Shown in pieces: positions 1 to 11,771 of a stretch of DNA of 64,000 bases. The first letter of the stretch is position 1, and each line of letters starts with the position of its first letter. Position numbers and translations under genes: made by a program. The stretch lies in assembly GCA_010015585.1 (NCBI GenBank), contig ML975169.1; one strand, 5' to 3'. Under the pieces are notes generated by a model that had not been told where the DNA came from, did not search any database, and saw only the letters and a list, made by a program, of their open reading frames with translations. This DNA comes from Eremomyces bilateralis CBS 781.70 (taxonomy: Eukaryota).

Positions 1-304
1 TGGTTGGCACCAAGCTCGATCTGCGAGATGATGAGGGGACACGGGAACAATTGAGAAAGATGAAGCAGAGTCCAGTGTCATATGAGGAGGCGGTTCAGGT
101 CGCGAAGGAAATCAAAGCATACAAATATCTCGAATGTTCGGCTCTTACCACTCGTAATTTGAAGAGTGTTTTTGACGAAGCAATCCGGTACGGCATTTCC
201 GGAGGAGTTTAACCCCTTCTTGTTGGAGCTGACAATCCTCTAGGGCAGTCCTGAATCCTCGTCCTACAGCAAAGAAGTCAAGTAAGAAGTGCACAATCCT
301 ATAA
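1..304 (+). CDS. rac1: Rac-family small GTPase, 3' part (5' end outside window); exons 1-187 and 244-304
   Basis: Spliced translation [10 protein letters not shown]...[41 protein letters not shown]. It has the G4 (TKLD) and G5 (CSA) motifs, a polybasic tail and the CAAX box CTIL. Intron 188-243 is GT..CTGAC..TAG. Confidence 0.9.
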
Positions 305-904
305 ACATATTACCCCGAAGTCCTGTGTCGAGATCATCTCTCCTTTCTTAGCATATCGAAGGTGACGATCTCTTTACACCGGAGATGACGAGATGGCGTT
401 CGGCGAGGAAAGGAATGAACGTTTTGCGATACAGACAGCGAGCATCGCTCTACCCGGGTGCATACTTCTCTATTAGTGGTTGAGGGCCAGCGATTCCAAG
501 CTCGTTAATTGAGATTGCACTCTTAACATATTCAGACACGACAGTCCGCCGGAGCACCCTTCGTACATCTCTCTGCGGGATCGATAGACCGGCCTTTGCC
601 TTCTTACATGTGGTCTCAACCTACATCTTATTCATTCTCTTCAGTTGAAATTTAATTCATGCTTTAGTCAATGTCGCGGACTTTTTTCAGCTAGCCGATC
701 GCACGTGGATCAATATCTTGGTTTTCATTCATGGTCTTGAAGATAGACATTTCCGGTTGCCTGGCGTTTTGTAGATAATTGAATCTGGAACTTGTTGCTA
801 TCTCCGTTTCTTGATTGAGCCACATCTTTATCATGAATATTGCACCGTATAATCCCTTTCGGGTTCGTTTTCGCGAGTCCCTTTAGGTCCCCACCGGATG
901 TCAT

Positions 905-1876
905 CTATGCTATTCCAGTATGGTCGCTATATCGGTTCTCATAAACCCAGTTGACCAGTTCCTGGTCGCTTTTACAAACATGTGTGGTTCCCCAGCCGTC
1001 CGTCATGGCTTTGACCGTGGTGCTCTCCCCTTCCAACGCAGCGTCGCCGCAGCACTTCTGACTTTGCCTTAGGTAGTCAAAGCAATGTGTGACATGGCGC
1101 TGCATGTCAGGGTTCTGCGTTTCCTCTCCTAGCCGGCAGCGACCCAAATCGCGCATGATCAGGTAGAGGCAGTGGTATTGGTGCAGCGAGGCAATACTGT
1201 AGCCTCCTCCCTTCACTCCCTTGAAATGTAGGGGCTTGCCGATGTCGTACTTATCCGCGTCGGGGACTCGAACAAATCCCCGACCAACTGCTGTTCTGTC
1301 AGCGGTTGTTCAGTGTCTGGTCTAGGTTGTTTAATCTTTTACCGGGCATATCATTCCGCCATCGAGTGCGAACCTCGTTGAATATAGCTCGAGTAGAGAA
1401 CATGGTCTCATTCGCATATCGATAGTCCGGTTGAAAGGTAACCAACTCGGATGAAACTGCCAGTACGCGTATATCAGCAGGAGTCCAGCACGGCCCCGTG
1501 TCGCCATGGGCTACATACATGGCGGGACAAGCCCATTTGGCTCTCCCAATAGCTCCAGCTGATCTCCAGAGGCGGGCGCTGAAAGATCCGTCGATGAGGT
1601 GTTGGATCCTGCCGTCGATGTACACTCTGCTCTTGGACGCCGGCCTTCACTTGACACTGCGATGATCAACAGGAGGGCCACCGCTAAGAGCAAAATATTG
1701 CCCAACAAGCTCCATATCAAGTAGCGCCTCGTTCTATTCCCTGCGTCGTAGCTCTTCTCTCGTTCATCGTGCTTCCATTGCCGACGATCCAACATCGCAA
1801 CCTCCTCATTCTCGTCCAGTGAGTCTCTGGGGAACACCGGCAACCCATCATGACTTTCTTGAAAAGGTAATACCAT
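905..1876 (-). CDS. UstYa-family (DUF3328) HXXHC oxidase, about 284 aa; exons 1876-1519, 1456-1343, 1287-905
   Basis: N-terminal transmembrane helix (LIWSLLGNILLLAVALLLIIAV), then W..MPVGRGFVRV. Two HXXHC motifs (LHQYHCL, HVTHCFDYLRQ..CCGD), then GWGTTHVCK. Both introns are canonical and the spliced frame is open. Confidence 0.9.
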
Positions 1877-2348
1877 AGTTCCGAACCCTAGAAAGTCGCA
1901 TTACGATTTCAGACAGTGGATGGGCATCCAAAGTAGACGTTGAAAGAAGCATTTTCCAAACATCTCCATCAGTGCTTCATTCTTAGGTCTGGTTAGGATT
2001 CCATGTTCTGCATACATTTAGAGTGCGTCACGCTCGGCGTTTGGGGTAAATTGTCTTCATTTATCCTATATCCGAAGCCCCTGTGGTTCATTAGTGTACT
2101 TCCAACCCCTTGACCTTGCCAGAACCACTAATCCCAGTGCTTACGCAGAACATGGAATTGAGCGCTTCGACGGATTCGACTTTCATAGCAACGATATTGA
2201 CTGTCTATGGAAACCGCAGACTTTTCATGTAGCCTGCAATCACATGCGAATTTAGATGCTCGCTACGACTGTCTAGTATTGAGGAATCATCGAGAGCCTC
2301 GTTCGAGATTCGATCCCCAACTCCATTCGCCTAGCTTGCGGACAAAGA

Positions 2349-3964
2349 TCATGCTTTGGTGGCAGTAGGACGGGTAGGAATGGTCTTTCCTTTCTCCTTA
2401 GATCGCTCCTCAGGCTTGGCCTGTCTGTCTTGTGCGTCCTTGACAAACGGAATGAAGTCGGGTTCCCCTGGAATATACTTCCGCAGCACTTCAGGCACCT
2501 TGCAACCATCTTCCGTCTGATAATTTTCCAGTATGCAGCAGAGCGTTCGTCCTGTTGCACACAGAGTCTGAGGCGATACTTAGCAAATACGACTACCACT
2601 AGGAGAGGTTTCAGCTTACCGCGTTCAGAGCATGCACATATTCCTTCCGCCCACCACCCACCTCCTTGTTCTTCTTAACCCCATAACGAATCTCCAGCTC
2701 TCTTGTCTGATAGTCCGTGCAGTTTGAGCATGACACTAGCTCCTTGTATTCGCTTTGGAAAGGGAACCATGCTTCTAGATCGTACTTCTTTGCCGCAGCA
2801 TTATTCAATGCTCCCGAGACGATGCTGACGATTTGATAGGGAAGACCCAAAGATTTGTAGAACTCTTCCGAGACGGCGATCATCTCATCGAAGAAATTCC
2901 AGCTTTCATCGGCCTTGCAAATCACGAACTGTTCAATCTTTTCGAACTGGTGAACTCGGAAAAGGCCCCATGCATCGCGCCCATGGCTTCCTGCTTCCTT
3001 GCGGAAATTGGTGCTGGAACCCGCGTACTTAATCGGTAGTTCCTTCGGCTGAAGCCACTCATTGGAGTGCATACACGAGATCGGCTGCTCACTGGTGGCA
3101 ATGAGGTATTTGTCCGTGTCCGGATCGGGCCCTTCGATGACCTTGTAGAGCTCTTCATCGAATTGGGAGAGCTGTGCGGTTTTGGCCATCTGGTCCTTGT
3201 TGAGGAAGAACGGTGGCTGAATTGGAGAATAACCTGATCGCGTCAGTCAAGTTCTCAAGGCTGATGTTTCCAAAACAAATCACCTTTTTTGTAGAGGAAT
3301 TGCATCCCATAATTGATCAAGGCTTGGTTCCTGGACATGTTAGCTTCCAGTGAGAACCTTGCGTGTTTGAACAGCATACAGCCAGTAGCCCATATCCTTT
3401 AAGAAGTAACCTCGATGTCCAACCAGCTTTGTGCCACGGTCAGGATCATAGCCACCTATTCTCCAAAGCACGTCGTGATGTGAATATGTAGGTTTCTGTG
3501 CCTTGTCGAACCCTTCGGGAGCCCATGTCCGAGCGATCTCGTTGTTATCCTCGTTGTCGCTAACCAGAACGGAGTCGTGCACATAGTTTCCCACGGTTTT
3601 GGCTAGAGCCCTCAATGCAGCTTGTACTTCCACCACACCGCCTTCTTGCACCTTCTTCTGCTTCTCCAGCTCCACCTTTTGCTGGACCAGGTCGTCCGCA
3701 TTCTCCTTGTTTCTCTTCTTCAGGCCGATTTCTTTCTGGATTGCGTTGATTCTGGTACCGATTTGGGCGACATCGTACTGAGCTATGGCGCATCAGTTGA
3801 TGATACGAACGACAATTGGTTGACCACGTACCTTTCCGGGCATTTTCCCAGGCCGCAATGACCTGGTCAACCAACTCAACCGAGTCACCTCGTCTTCGTT
3901 GACTCTCCCTGATCTTCTCGGGATTGCCCCCGCGCTCCGCAATGAAATCCTCAAGGTCCAGCAT
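2349..3964 (-). CDS. SES1: Cytosolic seryl-tRNA synthetase (multi-exon)
   Basis: [25 protein letters not shown] start, YLIATSEQP, class II motif 2 [39 protein letters not shown], motif 3 [22 protein letters not shown]. Stop TGA at 2349-2351. Confidence 0.95.
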
Positions 3965-4658
3965 GTTGTCAAATTCCGGCGGTTAAGATGCACCGGTAAC
4001 AACGGAAATTTTTAGTACGTGAGAATCTCCAACCTTTAGGAGGCACCTTGAGATTAGGAAGGAGTGTCGCAGGGTCTGGTGGGAGATATGTGGATTGTGT
4101 TGCTGTGCAGTTGGTGACTGGCGTCGATCAAACGGAATCCATCAAACTGAAATCCAGCAAAGTTGATGGTGGGGCAGAATGGAAAGGCCATCAGGCAGCA
4201 AGGTCTCTCAGCAGCAAGGCGATAAGGCATATATTTCTCTCTCCAAACATGACCAATCACGCTGCCAGGAATTTGTTCTATTAATTCACCTGGTGACATC
4301 GTCGGTGGTTCAAAACACTGGACTCTCCCGATGATAACCGGCACCGCAGTATTGTCTTAGATCAGACTGTATCCTGAGAGGTGAATCGATAAACATGCTG
4401 ACTGAAACACTCTTTCCGTTGCACACGCTGGTAAGTTCATGACTCAGATCAGGACTGTTGGCAGGTAGGTCCCTTTGTTAGCCGCATATAAGTCCGTAGT
4501 CACCGCCCGTTCTTTGTTCAAAAGGCACGAGCATCCATACCTTTACACTACGAACTTATACTAAGCACAGTACTTATACTATCAGATAGTATCTCCTCGT
4601 TGCGGGCAACTCTTCTTTACTATTCTTTACTCATTGAAACCACGCTCCTGTTTCCATC

Positions 4659-5447
4659 ATGACAGTGAAAGTCCTCCCTCTGCCTATTGAGTCATTGGAC
4701 AAGTTTGCTTTCATCGCCTGCACCGCCTTCACCCATGGCATCGGTCGTCTGTGTATCGGTCCCCCAAATCCCCTGAATCTCGCTTTCACCGTGCTGCGGC
4801 AAAGGAACCACGCGTTGAATAGTACGGCCGTGCGATATTTCCAAGCCGTGGACGAAGACACGGGCGAAGTGCTTGGGGTCGCCAAGTGGTCATGTTTCGA
4901 GAATGCATTAACGATGGAGCAAGTTGAAGACTCGTGCACCATCCCGGAAGAAGGATGCGATGATGGGTTGTTAGCGAGGGCAATACAATCAACATCGGCG
5001 AAACCGATACCTCCCGAAGACGCACAGAAGCAGGCTCGAGCTCTCAGTGGGAAGGTGGACATGATGGATGAGAATTATGTCGCGTCATATCATTCTTCAC
5101 ATCGACCAGTCTTCGATTACTTCCTATCGGGACGGAAGAAAATCATGGAGACGAGACCATTCTTGTTTCTTACCATATTGGCCGTTCATCCAAAGCACCA
5201 GAGGAAGGGAGTTGGGGCTGCTCTCCTACGATGGGGAATCGATCGAGCCGATGCTCTTGGAATTGAATGCTTCATCGAAGCCACTCCAGAAGGCCGGCGA
5301 TCCTATGAAAGGGTAGGGTTTCGAGCCGTCCAAGAGCGGGTATTTGACATGAGGCCATTCGGTGAGCAGGGCGACGAATGGTCCGGCCTTATGGTCAGAG
5401 AGATGAGGAACTCGGTGACCGGTTCGAAAAATCGTCCTTCACATTGA
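4659..5447 (+). CDS. GNAT-family acetyltransferase
   Basis: Acetyl-CoA motif A LTILAVHPKHQRKGVGAALLRWG, plus FIEATPEGRRSYERVGF and the N-terminal AVDEDTGEVLGVAKW typical of fungal GNATs. Confidence 0.85.
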   Translation: MTVKVLPLPIESLDKFAFIACTAFTHGIGRLCIGPPNPLNLAFTVLRQRNHALNSTAVRYFQAVDEDTGEVLGVAKWSCFENALTMEQVEDSCTIPEEGCDDGLLARAIQSTSAKPIPPEDAQKQARALSGKVDMMDENYVASYHSSHRPVFDYFLSGRKKIMETRPFLFLTILAVHPKHQRKGVGAALLRWGIDRADALGIECFIEATPEGRRSYERVGFRAVQERVFDMRPFGEQGDEWSGLMVREMRNSVTGSKNRPSH

Positions 5448-5596
5448 TTCAACGGAACTTAGATACACCGCATTAGTTCGATAGAGATCGTGGGCGAGAT
5501 GTCGAGGCCATACATCAGACTAGTGGTTACACGTAGATGATATGAAAGATCCTGGCTGACAAGCAATCCAACGGTATCATGAGTCCGCAATTAGAA

Positions 5597-7660
5597 TCAC
5601 CTTCCACCCTCGCAGAGGGCAATGCAAAAGTCTCGGAAGTCCCCTCTCGTCCTCTCATCAATGTCCCTTTCCAAGCTCTTCCGGTATAACTCACGATATT
5701 CATCCTTGACCCGGTGCAGGTGCACCCGATCCCAATGAAGCCGGACCAATCTGGAAATAAGCAATTCATATCGGTCTTTAGGCACATGCCTAGAGTCCCG
5801 GCTGCTACTATTCTCCCCACTCAGATCTTCCACGGCATGGTGTAGGAGCATGGCATCACGAGCCGGCTTGTTGATTACACCGTTGAGGATATGTGCAACG
5901 ACTTCACCAACGAGGTTGTTGCTCTTCTTCAGCGCTTCCTTTGCAAAATTGCGCCGGTGCATTCGCTCGTAAGTGCGCAATACCTCTCGGAGATGCGCAT
6001 CCGATCTGAGGACCACGACGTTCAGCATCGCGGTTTCTCTACCCTCCTTCAAAGACCGGTACAGGGCATCCACATCTCGATTTCGTTCTTCCGTCCCCCA
6101 GCTCTCATTCTCTTCCTGACGACGCTCTTCGAGCGCGAGCAAGATCGCTGTCCGAAACTTGTCCGCTTTAAGTTCCTTGTCCATGCAACGCATGAGAGAA
6201 TCACCATAACGCTTATCGTGAAATGATCGCTTAATTTCACGAATCTCCGCGTTGGTACGTCCCATCAAGCTCTCAATGAGCAATTCACGCCGAGCATTGT
6301 TCGACTGGTACCATGAGTTTGCCCAATACGATTCGGACTCCCAGCGGCCCAGCGCGGTCACATGTGCGATCTTACCGAAAGGCCCCGAAACCTTCATTTT
6401 GATGTGCTTCGCGATGTTGATGCCCTTGCCCTGTATCCTGCAAACTTTCTTATATGCCGCGCGTAGTTGTAGCATCTGATCATGCGAAAGAATGGGCAGG
6501 ATTTCGCTTAGAACGCGAAAGTTCGGTGAACTTCGCGACAGCTCACCGGCGATATCGCGAGCCTCCTCTTCGGCAGCGTTCGAATAAAGGACTACTTTCT
6601 TTTTCTTGGCGCCAGGGGGGGAGGACTCGCGGGTGGATTCGCGGGTGGATACGCGACGAACGTGCGAAGAAGCCCTGGGGCGTTGAGTTTGCCCGGTAAG
6701 CGAGGAACGCGATATGTTCGGAGAAAGGGGAGGCAGATCCTCCAGGTCCAGATCGTCATCAAAACGCGGAGCTCTCATCACCGGAGAAGGCATAGGAGAA
6801 ATTGACTGATACGTTCCATGATATGCTTCGAGTAGCGGAGACGGGGGAGGGATTTCCCCGATCTGAGGACGATTACCACTGACGGACAGGCGGTCCATTC
6901 GGGGTAGTCCTGGTGAACGCGGACGCAATTCCGCAGGCTCTCGGCCCACCGAGAGCCGATGGGGTCGAGAAGGTGGTGGTGGCAGAGAAGCCTCGTCCTT
7001 ATCGCGACTTTTGTCCTTGCTCTTGCTCTTGCTCTTGCCACCACCAGGGGTAACCTCCCTCACTGCATAACGTTTGTCCCTCGGCACAACACCAGGAGGC
7101 GGAGGAGGGATGTCGTCACCACCCATCCCGGGCATCGGTCGCACTGCATAACCCTGGTCCATCAACACCGCACCTGGGGGCGGAGGAGGAGGATAGTCAT
7201 CCATCCCTGGCATAGATGGGAAAGGTTCCGTGGCTCTTTTATCTTTCTTGCTTGCCTTGATGCTCTTAGTCGAAGTGTACGTACCCCCCGGCGCCACGGG
7301 TTTTGCGGAAAACGTGAGCGCGTTTGGATCGATGGACGCGTAGTTGTAGGAGCCATCGGGGCCATACTCGCCCGCTGAAGGCACTGTCCGTTTGTACTCC
7401 TCCTGAGCGCTAGGTTGGGCAGACGCGTGACTCCACCCTGGGTTCATTGTGTATGAAGGCATCGAAGGCATCGCAACGGTTGGGCCGTCCATCGGATACG
7501 GAATCGCGCTTCCCGGGCCGTCTGGGGATTTGGGAGTGTATCCCGGCCTCTCGTGAGGGGGGAGGTCGGAGTAATTCCCCATGGTTATGGTGTGGTCGTC
7601 AACCATGTCGATAAGATGCGCGCCGTTCACATAGTTCGAGGATGGGGACGAAGGGTTCAT
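5597..7660 (-). CDS. Fungal annexin (ANXC4-like) with a long Pro-rich N-terminus
   Basis: C-terminal annexin repeats (LLIESLMGRTNAEIREIKRSF, VVLRSDAHLREVLRTY, LISRLVRLHW, SLERDIDERTRGDFRDF). A branch point and acceptor near 7732 suggest an upstream exon. Confidence 0.8.
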   Translation of the reverse strand: MNPSSPSSNYVNGAHLIDMVDDHTITMGNYSDLPPHERPGYTPKSPDGPGSAIPYPMDGPTVAMPSMPSYTMNPGWSHASAQPSAQEEYKRTVPSAGEYGPDGSYNYASIDPNALTFSAKPVAPGGTYTSTKSIKASKKDKRATEPFPSMPGMDDYPPPPPPGAVLMDQGYAVRPMPGMGGDDIPPPPPGVVPRDKRYAVREVTPGGGKSKSKSKDKSRDKDEASLPPPPSRPHRLSVGREPAELRPRSPGLPRMDRLSVSGNRPQIGEIPPPSPLLEAYHGTYQSISPMPSPVMRAPRFDDDLDLEDLPPLSPNISRSSLTGQTQRPRASSHVRRVSTRESTRESSPPGAKKKKVVLYSNAAEEEARDIAGELSRSSPNFRVLSEILPILSHDQMLQLRAAYKKVCRIQGKGINIAKHIKMKVSGPFGKIAHVTALGRWESESYWANSWYQSNNARRELLIESLMGRTNAEIREIKRSFHDKRYGDSLMRCMDKELKADKFRTAILLALEERRQEENESWGTEERNRDVDALYRSLKEGRETAMLNVVVLRSDAHLREVLRTYERMHRRNFAKEALKKSNNLVGEVVAHILNGVINKPARDAMLLHHAVEDLSGENSSSRDSRHVPKDRYELLISRLVRLHWDRVHLHRVKDEYRELYRKSLERDIDERTRGDFRDFCIALCEGGR

Positions 7661-8643
7661 ATACTGGGCGAAGGGGAAGGAGGAAAGGAGGAAAGGCTGG
7701 AGGGACCGGAAGCGGTGGTAGTCACAGGCAGCTGAGGGAAAACATGATTAGTACGACTATCTCTAGAAGCTTCAGGAGCCAGGGATGAGGGATGAGGGAT
7801 TGGCTAGTCTGGCCCTGGTACTCTGGTCTTTGGTGGTGGACTGTGTGACTGGGTTATGGGTGGCATGGACTGTGGAGGCCCAGCAGCATAGGGCTGATTA
7901 CAATAGTATTAATCGCCCGAATTCCCCTCCCTCTCACCGTCCAAACCCAGCTCTATTATAACGTCCGATTGCCAATTCGCCGATGAAAGAGCGGAGGCCG
8001 GAGACCGACTGAGGGAACGTGATTCCATCGGCGTGTTGCGCTTGTCGGGGCGCAGCGACATGATCCACAACGGAGTGCAACTGGGCTCCTTGGGCTCTGC
8101 TGTCCTGGAGCACCACCAGGTGGCTGTGTTTTGTTGGCTGCTCCCAGATGACCTCACAGGCTCCAAGACTTCAAGTTGCAAGCAACTAATGGGAATAATC
8201 GATACGGACAGAAAAGAAGATCAGGGTTTCAAATGGAGTCTCTAATGTTCCGAGCATCGTGTTCACAGGATAGGTGCTCTCACAGGACTTCTCATTACTC
8301 ATCTACAGGACAATGCACTCCAGGCGACGGCAAACTTGAAGAGATGCATCCAGGCTCTGTACTACTGCTGAGCGCCACAGGCATCTTCCAGGTCTGGACT
8401 CAGGACCTCTGTTTCATTCGGATCTTTTGGGCGCCAAAAGCTGCCGCGGTGGCTCCAGTGTCGCATGGTTCTGTCGGTTGGAGAGACAGGTATCTATCCT
8501 TCCACGAAGTCACTTCATACAGCAAAGAGTTGCTCTGCTGCGGTCTTGCAATGATGCTGTGCAACCAATATCCCTATTAATGCCAATAACTACTCCTGCT
8601 CGACCAGCACTTATCAACACCAGAGCGTTCCACCACGGTACCT

Positions 8644-9379
8644 TCAGCCTCGGTTTCGATCCACCTCCGACCATATCCCAGGCAGAGGTCCAGACTCGCC
8701 ATATACTGGGTCTGTCTTGGGGACAGGAACTTTGGCCGAGTTTGCTGCCTTCTTTTCGGTCTCTCCTGGTGATCCTTCACAGAAGTTCATGTCATATTCT
8801 ACTGATCCCTGGCAGACCGATAGCTCTTAGCGAAGTCGAGACCGTTGTCATTGATTCGATTGTGTCATTTGAGAAAGTACCGATACAGAAAGGAAACACT
8901 TACCTCCGGGTAGAACCCTGCATACTCAAATTCGTCCTCGGACTCGATTGCAGCGTGGCTAACCCCCGCCTTGGAGTGTCAGTATTCGTTCCGAGTAACC
9001 GTAGTTATGACCCTGGGGTCGTGCAGCATACAGGAAGCACGAAGACATCACCTTGAGTGATCTGGATCACTTTACCTGTGCCCTTGTCTTCACCCTGACC
9101 TTGATCAAGTGGTGATCTTCCAAGACCATAACTGCATTTGCCTTTCAGAACAGCATAGCATTCATGTGTAGTGGTGTGAAAGTGCGGGACTTTGTATGTT
9201 CCCCACTGTCCTCCTTTCATCCAGCCATGCTTTTCGATAGCTGTACGGATGGCCTCCTCGTTGACGTTCTCGAAGACTGAGCGGTAGAATAGAACAGGCA
9301 GGTGGGAATTTGGCACATGAGGAGTTGGATTGACGAACAACAGCTGTGGCGCTCTGGTATCCTCTGAAGCAGCCATCAT
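8644..9379 (-). CDS. Cupin protein (YjlB-like), three exons
   Basis: VPNSHLPVLFYR, HFHTTTHECYAVLKG, GDVFVLP|AGVSH, YAGFYPE|GSVEYDMNFC, VPVPKTDPVYGESGPL. Stop at 8644-8646. Confidence 0.85.
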
Positions 9380-10257
9380 GATTTATCTCATGACGAGTAT
9401 AGAAGTGCAGGTTGAGATGCGGGGTTGTGTCATTCTACGAACTTAAGAAAGCTGGGGAGCCGAGTTTGAGGACTCAACCTACGAGGCTAAGCCATCTAAA
9501 GCTCATTGCATGCCGATCGTAATAAGTATCAGTATCTCTAGAAAGACAAATGGCAGTGCATTTCCCCGTCGATGCTCGTTTCCTTTTGAATGACCCTTGA
9601 CATAACTTAAAGTCGTGGCCTACATTCACCTTGACTTTCTTACCAAGGTTTTTTGGTTGTGCAGACTTTCTCCGTCTTCGTGGCTTAGGAGAACAACGCG
9701 TGAGGACCAAAGGAAAGGCTTGGAAAGGGAACAGAACACGGCCAAAGGGCTAAAAAATCGACTGAACATCCACAGCAAATGTGACTCGACGTCCGACTTC
9801 CGATGTCCGATGTCCATATCCAAACAATTAACTTTCTCCAGGCGCTAAATTAAGATGATTGATATGGATGGTCCGGTGGACGAGAAGTGGTGAAGACAGA
9901 AGTAGACCAGTCTCGCAGCGCAAGTGGAATTGTGGGAAGGAGATCGCAATCACGTGAAAGATAGGCACCTGGTTGCAGGTTGTGACGCTGCAGTGCGCCA
10001 GAGCAGAACAGGGTCAGGCATGTGGAACAGTGGAAGTTTTGTCTGGAGAAGGTGAAGATTGAAGAACAATTGGAAGTTCGAATATCAATCTCACTGCTCG
10101 TGCTCAAATTCCCGGTCTTGGACGTGTTCAATTGCCTACCTATTCTACATTCCATTTCTTTCCATACGATCCTTCAATTCATCCACTCTTTTCCTAGCCT
10201 CCTGATTTCTTGAGGGGTTCACTCCTGGTCACCTCCGCAGCCCAGCGCGGGAGTACT

Positions 10258-10821
10258 ATGCTTGGGAGAGTTTGAACCGTTTCCCGTCTTTCGATCGCTG
10301 TCCTCGGCGATCATCTATAACATATGAAGGGCAATACGGCAGAGGCATCGCGAAGCGCGCAGGACGCAGGCTCCGAATCGAATTCGCGCAGCAACGTGGA
10401 CGACTCCTCCATTCTCTCGGCGCGGTCCCGACGCCAATTTTCCACATTCGCTTTCGGGGCTACATTATGTTTGGTTTCGGCCGTCCTCACCAAGCGGACA
10501 TTCGTTCGGCGTTATAACACTTCCAGACCGGCGTTCTTCGAGCCCAGCAATAATCCACCACCGCCGATCAATGCCGCAAAACTGGCGGGAGAGGCTTTGG
10601 GTCTCGCAACAATCAATGTTTGGAGCTGGGCGGCCATGATCGGGGGGGGGACATTGTGGGCTTTCGATGTCTCTTCGATGGCAGAGTTCCGGCAGAGCAC
10701 AAGAGATGCTCTCGGTTGGAATGAGAAAGAGCAAGCGGCACAACGTCAAGAACAGGATATGGAGGACCGTATAGCGAAGATCCTAGAGCGCAGAGAAGCG
10801 GAGCGACAAGCCTCAAAATGA
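10258..10821 (+). CDS. AIM11: AIM11-like mitochondrial membrane protein
   Basis: Two hydrophobic segments and the PAFFEPSN...EALGLATINVWSWAAMIGGGTLWAFDVSSMAEFR signature. The start is either ATG 10324 or ATG 10258 spliced in frame through a short GT..AG intron. Confidence 0.75.
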
Positions 10822-11043
10822 GTCACCATGTCGATTGGATTCCATACTCATTGTTTCGGAAAGGCGTAGGCGGCTATTTTTTTGGTGCTGAAAACTCGCC
10901 GGCTCCTGGAAGACACGGAAAGGTTACATGTACGATACTATGCAGCACTGCCCAAGGGAACTCTCTACTCCAATCGAGTCGGAGCTCAGGGCGTATACGA
11001 GATCTAGCTGAGGAAGAGCTCGGGGCAAGGCAAACCGGGAGAC

Positions 11044-11079
11044 CGTCGGTGGACACGTCGGTGGACACGTCGGTGGACA
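11044..11079. repeat. 12-bp tandem repeat CGTCGGTGGACA x3
   Basis: Three exact copies read directly, lying between the convergent AIM11 and MOCS2B 3' ends. Confidence 0.9.
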
Positions 11080-11206
11080 TTGAGCTGGCATTTCGGGAGG
11101 TTGGCCGCCTTGCATCGGGACCATTGCCTTGCCGCTGTAGCATTATATCTCCAAATACAATGGGGACGCGTGTACCACGTTCCGGTTAAGGCCACAATTT
11201 CATCTA

Positions 11207-11771
11207 TTAGCTCAACTTCTCGACTTTCGCTCCCTGCTGCCCATCTCGATTGGCTCTCCAGACCCCTTCCTCTCCATGAAATTCCTCGAGCTTCCAGATC
11301 TCAGCGTTTTCCTTGCATAGTTCCAATGCTTCTTCTCCGGCCCTCCACGCTGCTTGCCGATGTGGAGCTGAGACAGCAATGAGAATGCTCTCTTCGCCAA
11401 TCGGAACCACGCCCAGCCGGTGCGTCATGGAAATTGCTACGAGAGAATGCTTTTGTTTGACCACGCGAGCGATGTCCAAAAGTGTGGCAAGAGCTCGTGG
11501 TACATATGCTGTGTACTGCAGCTGTTTAACCGGCTTGGACTGGAACGTGTCGCGAGTGGTTCCTTGGCCATGTCAGTGGGCATTCTGATGACTCAGGTAG
11601 CAGCCGATGATTACCTGCGAAAAGGACAATGGCACCTGCACTCGGGCTTTTCACCGATGATAGAATCTGTGAGGCATCCAATAGCTCATGCGTTAAGGAC
11701 ACCTGAATCCCATCTTCTGTTACACAACTGGGGGGTTTCCCCGAAGAGATGTGACCGGAATCACCCTCCAT
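11207..11771 (-). CDS. cnxH: Molybdopterin synthase catalytic (large) subunit, MoaE/MOCS2B; intron 11563-11614
   Basis: SVKSPSAGAIVLFAG|TTRDTF, THRLGVVPIGEESILIAVSAPHRQAAW, CKENAEIWKLE. Confidence 0.92.

Noticed and set aside
10924..11124. ORF with CPPTCPPTCPPT as a possible RiPP precursor for the DUF3328 enzyme
   Set aside because: It has no signal peptide or KR sites. The repeat is simply the 12-bp DNA tandem in overlapping 3' regions, and it is open in several frames.
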